64,000 nucleotides of DNA from Balanoglossus misakiensis (lineage: Eukaryota; Animalia; Hemichordata). A program made the translations under genes and the position numbers. The notes beneath the pieces were generated by a model, which worked only from the letters and a program-made list of their open reading frames with translations, did no database searches and had not been told where the DNA came from. Positions 45,001 to 56,341 of this stretch are shown here, piece by piece (position 1 is the first letter of the stretch; every line of letters starts with the position of its first letter). The stretch spans positions 17,874,728 through 17,938,727 of the forward strand of contig CM082578.2 in the NCBI GenBank assembly GCA_040954595.2, in the 5' to 3' direction.

Positions 45001-48000
45001 ATTTTTTCCACAAAGTTGGATTGCTGCAAAAGAAAATAGAGAGAGTGGGAAATAACTATGGAAGAAGATGTACGGTGTGTCAAGCGAAGAAACCAGAGTT
45101 TTGTGACAGTGACTGAAGATCAGCCCATATGACATCTTATAAAATCATAAGAGACACAGGGAGAACTTTTGTGTAAGATTAGAAAATACAAAATTTTCTT
45201 GAGCTTTGAATAAAACAAACAACTTTTGGTCAAAAATAAGAAAATCTATCAATTTCAACAGCTGCTTTGGGAATAATTGCTTCAAAAATGATCAGTGCAC
45301 ACAGTATGTGACTGTTCTTTTGTTGCTATTTTGGCTGCCAATACAGATCGGGAGTGAAAATTCCCAGGGCAGTAAATTTTCCCAGGGAAAACAAATTCAT
45401 CATGCGTATCACTGCTGTGGTCCATTTATATTTTCTGATAACAGCCATTTGTGAGAGGGTTTTATGTATTTTTCCCTTTTTCTAGACGCCACCAAAACCC
45501 AACACTGGACAAATATAGGAAAATATTTGAATTTTAAGGGGAAAACGGAATGACTGGAATAGTCTAATACTGAGATAATTAAGAATTTTTATATAAATTG
45601 ACAAATTTGCGAGACCTATTGTACTAAATGCTGATGAATGTTCGTCCTCTGTAAAGAGTCAATAGAGGAAGGATTTGATGAAAAGAGTTGGGAATTAATG
45701 AGGATTAGTGTAAGCCAGGTAAAATGCCCACACATGCAAGGTGATAGGGAACTTTAAAAGCATGGCTTGAATCAAACCCACACAGTGTTACTGCATTCTC
45801 TTTTGCTGCATTTGATGAACACACAGATGCTACTATAAGACTACGCACAGCAGCAAATTAAAAACACTGCAGTAACTAGTGTTGTAAAAACATATATGTG
45901 TATGTATGTAGGTGTTCAGCGTCTTCTGCTTTCAGAGAGCAATCAATTTTTGTCGAAAAAATATTCAAAATGAAATGATGTACACACTTTAGATATTCAT
46001 GTATTGTATACATTATGTTATCTCATTGAACTCTTTTGGGGGGGGGTCTCTTTCAAGTGAGGATTAAGATTTCCTATCAAATTTTATAAATTCCCCACGA
46101 ATGCAATATTCCTGAAAGTGATTTCAGAAATCACTCTCAATTTACCCAGTTTCCAGGCATCCCAGAATACAAAGACAGTGGATAGTTTTGTAATGGAGGT
46201 TGAGCTGTATAAATTACCTTCAGACTGTCCACATATCTCTTGGTGTGCACAACTAGTAAATCTTCTTCTGACGCTTCTCTGGGAGCTACTATTGTGTCAT
46301 CTCGAATCATTCCATCCTCTGTTAACAAGAAACCAAATTATCCATCATAAATGACACAGCGTTATGTCAATCATAGAACGCACCATTCATATTTGTATGA
46401 AGGCCAGATTGCTTGAACCCGGTGCTTTCCATTTGCGACAAAAAATAAACAATACAGATGTTATTTTTTCCCAATACTAAATACATATGTTCTCTAAAAA
46501 GCAACACCCATATTTTGTTTTTTACTTAATTCACAACAGGAAATACCGTACCAACAGCACATGATGGATTCTAGAAATAAAAACCCTTTGCTTTCACCCG
46601 ATAAATCAATTTCCCTTCACTCCCACACAAATTCAAGTATGTCTGGAAAAATCCATGGAATGGAAAAGACATGGATGCGAGAAACACAACCTGTTCAAAT
46701 GTCATGTTACATATCACTGTATTTGCATGAATATATCACCTAAATTATAATTTTATTTTCACAAGTTCACCTTGAAATCAATTTTCCCATAATCACATTC
46801 ATTTTTTCCTCCCTATTGATTTTACTCAACAGGAAATTGATATTTTGTGTAAACATAATGATTCTACATTTATTGATTCTGCATATATTTAACATATTCA
46901 GAAGTACACAATGAACGTAATATAAAACCACCACCCTAAAATAAAAACTCACCTTTTAAAAAGGCAAAGACTTTCCCCCATTTTCCTGCATCAAATGGGT
47001 GCAACTTTTCAAGACCCAGGAATCCAATATTGTAATCTTGGGAGTAGATGATAGGCCACTGTCTGTCAGATAACTCAAGATATAACCTAGTATTGTGTAG
47101 TTTCTTGTCTTGGACTCTGGAATAAAAAGTAAATGGAATATAAAATACAGAGTCTAAGATAAAATCTATAGCCTAGTACAGGGGTTAGACAGTACTGGTT
47201 ATTCTGAACAAAACTAGCTGCAAACCAATATGGAACATGATGAAGTGTGGTCATAAAACTACAAATAGTAAAATAAAAATGCCTTTTCTACCCAGAACAC
47301 ATGTATGAAAAAAACTTAAAATACAGTAACTCAGTATTACAGCTGCTGGTTGATCCTATGGTTGATTACCAAAGCATAAATGGAATAAAAGCACTTGTAT
47401 TTCAGATGATGAACGATAAAACAGAAGTTATACATGATAAATACCAATTCAACGCGAATACTACAGAAGACGAAGAGTAACCGACGATCATTAAGCGAAA
47501 TAAATTGTACAAAAAATATCAAAATGAAACAAACAAATATTGAAATCTTACTTCTGCGTTGATTTAGCGCCGGGCAAAAGCAGACCAAAATTCATCGCAT
47601 AAGGTAAAGTACAACCCTGCCCGGCAAATGGCGAAACCAGACGACTGTCCCTGTTTATCACGGACTGGCTGCCGACGCCTCAAAATGGGCGAAATGTTCG
47701 TATTTTCACGTATAAAATTGACGACTGAAAACGAAAGCGACGGAGACGAAGGCGTTTCCGTATGTGCTCTGTGATCGAGTGTCCCCGCGTTCGTCGCCAA
47801 ACCGAAACAGTTTCTTACTGAGGCGATAATGGGAATTGACGCAATTCTGAAAGACGTCTCCAAGAGAACTGCTCAAGACACCCACGTCATAAAATTATGA
47901 TAATTTGGTTCAATAACAAGCTGACAGACAATTCGGCACTGACCTTGCAATGTTTACAAACAGACTGTCACTGTCAGACTGACCATATTTCGTTATCCAG

Positions 48001-48157
48001 TACTCGTAATATAGTAACCAAAATGAAGGTACCACCAAAATTATACCCTGAATATCATACCCGGAATATCAGTAAAATATATCGAAGGAAATATGACAGG
48101 AACTGAAAATTACCTTTTCGCTTTGGTTTCAGTGTCTTTCGTCGATTCAGTGGCCAT
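42018..48157 (-). CDS. HDAC11: Histone deacetylase 11 (class IV), 10 coding exons
   Basis: Exons 48157-48114 (or alternative 47595-47552), 47116-46953, 46318-46218, 44110-43994, 43768-43649, 43531-43372, 43138-43069, 42906-42798, 42541-42358, 42097-42018. Motifs WPIIYS.DYNIGFLGLEKLHPFDAGKW, GGGFHHCS.DRGGGFCAYADI, DLDAHQGNG, YNAGTDILDGDPLG and SGGYQ. Confidence 0.95.
47552..47595 (-). CDS. HDAC11: Candidate alternative first coding exon of HDAC11 (MNFGLLLPGAKSTQ-K)
   Basis: ATG at 47595, 44 nt, phase-2 donor AA|GTAAGA, in frame with the exon starting at 47116; lies in a CpG-rich stretch (about 47440-47890). Confidence 0.5.
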
Positions 48158-51100
48158 TTTGGTGACGGTCAACCACTTACAGAAACGTCGGATGAGGGCG
48201 CTCTTACCAACACCAACATGGCCCCCATGATCCTTGGGGTTCAAGTGTTCACTGTGAATATAGAAAAGTAAATGACAAGCTCTCTGACCATCCCACCCCC
48301 ACACAAAAAACTTTTACTGGAGAGTGTATTTCTAAGTGTGTAACTAAGAATAGAGCTGGGGCGATGGAATCATAGCCAGTTTACAGTCTATGTAGGCCTA
48401 TATCCGTCTATGATTTCGCCACTAAGACCCAGAACACTGTCAAATAGCTTGTAACAATCACATGCATTCACAAAGTGCGCCAAGAAAAGAGAAGCAACCA
48501 CGTCACAGTCTTTCGTAGAATCATAACCTAGATGACAACATTGCGACTTGCTTCTGAAAACATCTCATTTTTGTCTCTTACCCGAACACGGAAACGTCAA
48601 CGAACCACTTCTTCACTAGCGCCACCCACAGAGTATTCTCCAGACTACCTTCGTTTTGAATGGCTGTGATGTTGCATTTCTCGCGCAAAACTGCCATGTA
48701 ATTTTACCGCATTGCTAACCACGAGAATAATAAATAACCAAAAAAGAGAAATGTGGTCTCAAAGAGTGGAAGTCCCATCCCCACGGTAAATCGGAAATGG
48801 TCCCTATTTTCAATGACAGGAATACTTTCATATGTCCGCTAAGACAGTCTAGTGCACTGTCAATAGTGCAGAGCATGTCGATTATGGGTAATAGCAGACA
48901 ACATCTGTCAGTACTCGACATTTCCATTCCGAAAACCAACCACGGATGCATAATTGTTTGTGAATGCACATGGCAATACAATTACTGAAAGATCAAAGGT
49001 TTAACTCTGCCTTTACAATACATTATTTATTCCTGGACATTAAGAAACAATTTTCCCTGCTTCCGTCACGCCTGTGTGCGTTTCTTTCAAATCAAAGTGC
49101 TTGCTTTGGAATATGGACGACTTATATGAAAGTATCTTAACTATATAAAATCCATCATTGAACTCTGCCATTATTTGCTGTTGTTCGGTTCCTGCACATA
49201 TTGAAGTTGGGATATTCTATTTTTGTTTACTACATTGCGCATGGGTTCAGTAGAAGAGCTTATTTAATTTATTGTGAGTGGGTTTGTCCGACCAACTGAA
49301 TTAAACTGTTTTAAAAAATTAACGATTTAAATGAGACAGACAGACCCGAAACTGACAAACACAGAAACTGACAATATGACCGTAAAAGCTCTCAGAGACA
49401 AATAGCTCAACTGGATTTAAAGTAATTTCCTCTGAACATGATAATCATGTTAACAGAGAGTCTACAAAGTGTTTGCATTTGGCGTCTCCATCGGTCACGA
49501 GTTTGCATCTCAACTTGACAATATGTGCTACATGTAGATAGTAACATAAGTTTAGCAGGTTTCCTGCAAATAGGAAAAAAAACAAGGCAACTAAACAAAT
49601 TCTATGAAGGGCACCATCCCAGATGAAGACTCATGCAAAATTACCCCGAAGGCAATTCAAAATCCCAAACACAGTCAAATACACATAACAAGAAATCAAT
49701 TAAGCGACTTGGATGTCAGTGTACAAGTAGTTGCATTGCGATTATGGAGTCGACCGATTGAACGGTTGAAGAAAAGTGGACAAAAGATTGCCGGATGATG
49801 GATGGGAGATATTGGAGACGAACGACTTAAGATATCCGATTTGTTCTGCTCCATTAGTGACGAAAGTAATTTTTAATAACTCGAAAGTGAAGTTCGTTCT
49901 CCTCGGTATTAAATCAGCTTAGACTATTGTTCTGTCGTCTTGTCCCGTGAGACAAGACCAGGAAATACTTTGCATATATAATTCAGAGGACTGCATCTGA
50001 TTGTTCGATGACGACGACAAGACTGTTTCAATCCAGATCAATCTATTATTATTGTATGGCATGTCGTGAAAGAAAGCCATCTCTTTTATGCGTTTTGCAT
50101 AAGCCATGGCGAGCTTAGGCTGATGAAGGGGAAATAGCTTTCGCGAGGTATTACATAGAGAGACTATTTCAAGCAGTGGGTGGCTTTTGGCAAATGTTTC
50201 TGATTTGTTTTTAAATGACACTGGCCATGAAAAAAGTACATTCTGATTTGTTTTTAAGACCCAGGAACAAGGTCTAAAACATTTACAACGTTTAGACTGG
50301 ATAATATCTGTTCTAATATGATACCCGCCCAGTTTGAAGCTCCATCAACGGCATCTTTTTGTATTTTTCGACACGGTTTGCAACCTTGACAGCTAATGCA
50401 AAATTTCCCATACTAGTGCGACCACACGTAGGTTTTCAAATATTGGCAAAGAACGTACAACTTAGAATTTAACAAATTTATTTTTTCCTTATTAGTTTCT
50501 TCAATTAATTTTCGTTGTCAAGTTATATAATAAGAGCCGTGACTGTTTTTAAATTCACGGTCAAATCTTGTTGTAATCAAAGTCTTGTAGTCAAACACAA
50601 GCTAATAATCAGTCTTGCCTGCCTACGGTTGTTCGCTCCCTCTAGTCTGGCAAGCAAAATTAGCAACAATACAGCGAACAAACTCCTGTAAACAAGAAGC
50701 TTATTTAATTCTTTATTTTAAATGGAGTTCAGGCAAACCTCCCGATAGTATTATATAATAATATCATGCAATATTATGTGGCTGTGACGTAATTATTACT
50801 CGATATTGAAGCAATCGAAAGTGATTAAATTCCGTGCGATTTAATATCGAAGAAAACCCATATCATGCATTTATATAAGGAATATGTCTACCTGTGATTG
50901 TCCATCGCCAGATAGCATGCGATATTATTGCGTGTGAAATAAATTGCTTTTTTCAAATGATGCGACGCCGCTATGGGTAATTGTGTGTTTATCGCCTCTG
51001 AATAGTAAGCTTAAAAGCTTATCACATTTACTACAGATGACTGTCACATACAACAATACACCTGCCGCAGGTGGGGTAGAACATCATGGTAAACTTGTGT

Positions 51101-54089
51101 TGCCGCTTCTGACTGTGCCATTCTTGCGGGGTGTTTGAACGCTATATAGCTCGGGGATGTACATATACATGTATTGCAGCGGTGTGTCAAAACCGAGAAA
51201 ATTCTGTGAAAGTTTTATATTTCTGGAAATACCTTGGCAGCATCACGTGACACCATACTGGCGACTCCCAGCGCACGCGCTGACAAGCTTATCAGAGCTG
51301 TGTGAGACCACGGTCAACGAAAATGCTTTGAAGCTTATGCAGGGGTGGTAACGCTTTCCCTACTGGTGAAAGAAAAACTCATCCTTACACTTCGAAGCAT
51401 ACTGATATTTCGAGGTGCAGACGTTAAAGAGATTAAGGTAAGTTTATATGTATTGTTTAAGCTAAAACCGTGCCAGCAAACGTCTGTTGGCTTTGCCCGT
51501 TATGACAGATGATCCGTTATACATACAAATATTGTACTTTATACGCAGTATTTATGTAGAGGGAAATAATCTTGATTGATTAGCAGCATTTGATGGGCAA
51601 CGCGTGGGTCATATAATCTGAATTATCACCATCGTATTCATTTGATAAACAGTCATAAAAATGTTGAATGCAATCAAAGCTATATTCTGACCTACTTCTA
51701 CCACGCTGTCGTTGTAATTTTATTATTGTTTTCGAGATAGTTGTCATGAAAAGTTTTTAATTTGGGCTATAAAGTAGCTGGCATGTCGGTCCATCTACCT
51801 AACATTTAGAGTTCAGAGAGTTTCAACACGATTTTGTTCCTTTCCGGCTAGTAAAAGTCGCAATCAAACATCGTCAATCGCCTGACTGTCAATCTGCTAT
51901 TTGCCTACACAGTTTCACGTCCAAGCATTCCAGCTGCGAGGTTTTAATCAGGTAATTAGATAAATGTAATTAAATTCTGCACTTCTTTTTTTCTCAATCG
52001 GGTACCCCATAGGGCTAAATAAAAGGCTGGTCTAAATTAGTTCACACAAAATCTAGCATTAGGAGTAAAATGACATTATAATGGCACATCAATGAGTGGC
52101 CTACAGTATACCTGCACATTTCAATGAACCTGGCCATTGCTATGTTTTTCAATCATATAATATTGACTCTATACATGCTAAAGGCCATTGCTGTAGTCCA
52201 TATAAATCAAATACACGTCCTGTGAGTTGGGTTTGAACAGTAAATTTATCACTGAGACGAGGTGCGTTGACAAGAATGATATTACACACGCACGAGGTAT
52301 TTTTCTCCCAATCTTTTTCATGCCACCTCCCTTTTTAAAATCTCCCGTCACGTGAGTACTTATTTTGCATATTTAACGAATGCATGCAGATAGTACTTCA
52401 GATCCAGAGTTAAGAGACGGCAAATTTAAGTTAAACCTAGATTACTGCACCGAAATGTGGAGCATGTTTAATTCCCATCTGCAATTCCACATATTTCCAA
52501 TGGGGGAAGAGAGAGGGAGAGAGGCCTGGCCCTTCGGCATGGTCGGATACTTTGTCGGTTCGATTACAGCGAAGAAATGGAAGCTATAATATACCATAAT
52601 ATACCATTTTGTAATCTCACTATCAAATTGGCCATGTCGCAAGGGCCTGTTGCCATAGCGATTCAATTCTTCCAGAAACATGGCATTTATGTCTAGCAGC
52701 ATTCGGCAGTCGGATAACATCTCTAAGAGATTCCACTTTGCGATAAAACAACTCAAGTCTGCCTTGAAATATCCAATGGAAATTTACTACCGTATGTATT
52801 TCTCTCGACAATGAACCACCGTTAGACACATTCTTCCACATACAAATTATCCCAATCATAAAAAACATGCGGATATCTTGCAACTCAAGGAAGAATGAAA
52901 TATGGAAATATTTAAAGCGAATTTGGTAGAATGTTCCGAAATAACAATGAATAATGAGCCATTAGCAACCTGTCCAAAAATAGACTCTGATCGCCAAGAT
53001 ACCGCGTATTGTAGATTTTATCACGTAGTGTTTTAAAACGAGGAACTATACCGATAGATAGTCGCAGTTAATTGACAAAATAAGTATGTCGTGGTATTTA
53101 CGGAGGAAATTGAAATCATAAAAAGACTTCCACGTTTCTGGACAGAGTGAAAGAGTTAAAGCCGCAACGATTTTCAGGATAAGGGACTGTACGATTTTAA
53201 CCAAGGGTCGAATGAAAAGGGGGGGGGGGCTAATGCCATTTTAGTAAGCCTTAGATGAGGATCATATCATTTTCTTCATATATTTGAGTAAATTTGAGAT
53301 CAACTTGCAACTCTTACGTTATTGAAGCCTTATACACACACCATATTATGACATAGCGACGTGTTTCACGCGGACATCCCCAGTTAAATCAAAGTAAAAC
53401 AAGATGAATTTTATTTGTGGAAAGAAGGAGTGTGATTTCGATGCAACAGGTGGTTTTTCTATTTCAGACAGTACATCGTTGATCTTTTCACAACCACGAC
53501 AAACGACAAGAAATAATTTGTACAGGGAAAGGTCTGATGTGGTGAAGGATGTGGTTATTGAGTTCAGACTGTAAATCTCGCACAAAAGCGCGTACTTTTC
53601 TCCCCCCCCCCTGTCCCTCTGCTAACAAACATAAACATTCACTATAGAGGGGTGCGTCGTTTTGTAAGACGTTTTCAGTTCTGAGTGACAGTAAGGGGGT
53701 TGATGTCAGAGGTCACATCAAGAAAATGACTGGCTTTTGAAGTCTTTTTTTAAAGAGAGTACCTTCTCAAACTATTGATGCCATGACCATTATAAAAGAA
53801 GCGCGAACCCAATTTAGGTTATGGTCCCATCATTCTATTAATTGGTCTTAGCCACTGCGGTTGTCTGGAATAACCCAGGGTAAAAAATAAAAACATAATT
53901 AGTTAAACCTTAGGGCATTGGATTTTTTCGTGTTGGATGAGTGTGTGCGTGACTATAGGGGACAGTATTGTGCATGTTAAACGCTACCCCAGACAAATGG
54001 TATTTGTGTGAAGGGCTACCGGTGTTTGCATGTCAACAAAGTCAAGTTGAGCTTATTATATTTCAATCATAATAGGACTGTATGAAAGT

Positions 54090-54723
54090 ACCAGACCAGC
54101 CAATTGGCCATACGTGGCGATTCATTGGATACATCGAATTGTACGAATCAAATTATTCTGGAGAGCGACAGTAGTGTGAAATATTGCACGTATAGATATC
54201 ACGTGACAGCTCACACAGTAACTCTCTAACGCGACCGCGCAGAGCAAGAAAGAACCGGATTCCAGTACATCCAATTATAGACACCATCAACACGCCGACG
54301 ACATTAACGACCCTCTCCGGTTGTCCTCGACAACATCGTCGTCTCCTCAGCATTTTCAAAGTGAGTTAGAGGGCCTCTACACTGCAGGTTCGCGTAAAAT
54401 ATTCGCCACTGGTCCGCCCCTTCAGGGAACATCTTGGGGTCGATGAAAAAACCTAGGCGAAAAAAGCGACAACGAGGGGAGACAAGTGGTTTTGTGGAAA
54501 TTCTTAACCGCCGATAAACACGCGCGGTCCCGTTTCTGGTTTGTTGCCAGTGGTGTCTGCTCGTTTTGCGCACAGCACTTGAAGAACCATGTACCGACGA
54601 CAAGACATGCCCTCCAAACGTAAGTACACGTTTCAAAAAAACCCTTTCGTACTTTACTCGTGATATTTCGGAAGAGATGAAAGCAAAGCTGCTTTCTCAG
54701 AGCACCGTGGTTACCTTGGCAAC
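54090..54723 (+). promoter_or_regulatory. CpG-rich putative promoter and first exon(s) of an unidentified plus-strand transcript
   Basis: CCAATTGG near 54100, TCACGTGAC at 54199, X-box GTTACCTTGGCAAC 54710-54723. Donors AAA|GTGAGT (54360) and AAC|GTAAGT (54619); gaaccATG at 54589 giving MYRRQDMPSK. Confidence 0.4.
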
Positions 54724-56261
54724 CCTAAGCCTGCTAGTTTCGAACTTTGTGAGAGTCTCGGCCAAACGTTTTACAGCGAAACGTTTGAAGATATCGCATG
54801 TGCTATAAATCCTTCCAGGTATTTGTACCAATGGGAGCACCCCGGGGGGTTACGACTGCGAGCCGCAGACAGCGCTATTAAAGACAGAAAACAATGGAGG
54901 CAACGGTTGCTCATTTTTAATGGCGACCGACAGAGTCCATGTTGTCCGCCGACAATGGCTCGTGAAGTGACTTTCTTTCAATATTTTACGCGCCTTCGCA
55001 TTCAATAAAGCATTCCCACCCAGACATAACGGACCCACTGCAACAGGTTGTTTCAGTGCAACCACATTTTCCTCTAAAATCAATCCCTGTCACTGGTTCC
55101 TGTAAGATAGTGATGGCGTTTAAAGGTAACTGTGCACTTCGAGTGCAAACATGTTTACTTTCTAACACTTGGGGATACTGTAGCCATGTAAACGAGTGCA
55201 AATTAATCAAACTTCTTGTATGCCCCAGTCGCAAGGTTAAACCTAAATGATACCCCTATTCTGCGACTCCACAGAATAACATCTCGCGGGTAGGCTTTGT
55301 GATGCAGTGGGGATAAGGGATTGGATTGAATAAAGGCTTTAGTGAATAGTTACCGCAGACAGCCAATGACATCTAAACATTACACATATAAGCTCTGGGA
55401 CCTGCATTGAACATTCTATCACTCCGGGGACTGATGCATTAAGGTCACTCATTAAATGTGCTATCTAAATCTGCCTCGAGGTTTTTCCAATAATGCCCTC
55501 TATCATTTCTAGCAATCATAGTGAAGTCTGAACAAATATTTACAAAAAAAGAAATAATGAGGATTTTAAAACTGTACCGAGAATGTCTGCGCCCCCACCG
55601 ACAGAAAAAAATCAGTTTCTCCACACGAAGGCAATAAAACATGTTTTGAGAAAATCTTAAGTATTCATCAGACCATCTACATTGATGTCAGTACCCTCCG
55701 TTATGCAATGTAGCGTGTAGACGGAATAAATGTCTTCGGCAGACCTACACTCGAAGTTTTCGGGAAATATTAATATCCTCCTGGCGCCAGTACCGGCCCA
55801 TCTCCTCGTTTTCATTATCTCCGTTATGACGTTTCTTCTGAGAACGGTTCGGACCACCCACGGTTAAAACATGGACAGTTAATATCACAGGCAATCATAC
55901 ACCATTAAAGACTTGTCAAACAAGTCTAGCAATTTCCCATTTATGGTCCCAGTTATGTCTGATGAATATGGATCATGTTCACAACATCCTGGTCGGCTGT
56001 TTTTTTATGCTTAATGTACACCTGCGTGGCTTGTTGTTTAATAGTGACAGATTTCGGTCAATGCAAGTCTCAATTCTTGCCGACCTAGATAGGAAATAAG
56101 GAGTCCATCTAATGTACAATGAACTTGCGGCATAATGAAAAGCTGCGCTTTAATGTACATGAACTGCACATGACAGCTGAATATAGAAAACTTGCTGTGA
56201 GGGGTGGCTTAATCCTCATACATTCGAAAGAGACGGACATCTTTATCGAGAAGCAATTGAG

Positions 56262-56341
56262 AACACTCGCTGAAGGAGGCTTTACTCTTCTCACGAAGTT
56301 CTAGTGTCTTGCCGAAACGAAAGTATGAACGAAACAGTGTT
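56262..56341 (+). ncRNA. Candidate type I hammerhead ribozyme (variant core)
   Basis: aacactcg-CUGAAGGA-GGC...GCC-GAAAC-gaaa-GUA-uga...guguu. Helix II closed by GGC/GCC, helix III AC/GU with GAAA tetraloop, GUA cleavage triplet, bulged helix I. The core deviates from CUGANGA by one nucleotide. Confidence 0.45.

Noticed and set aside
45290-45410. Possible C/D-box snoRNA in an HDAC11 intron (ATGATGA ... CTGA on minus)
   Set aside because: No convincing terminal stem and no recognisable rRNA or snRNA guide; such short boxes arise by chance.
46769-46812. Possible 42-nt cassette exon in HDAC11 intron 2
   Set aside because: In the required phase 1 it reads GGG AGG AAA AAA TGA (stop), and the acceptor lacks a pyrimidine tract.
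49719-50915. Partial matches to miR-33 (GTAGTTGCATTGC near 49727) and miR-219 (TGATTGTCCA near 50895)
   Set aside because: The first lacks the seed, the second diverges after 10 nt, and neither sits in a convincing precursor hairpin.
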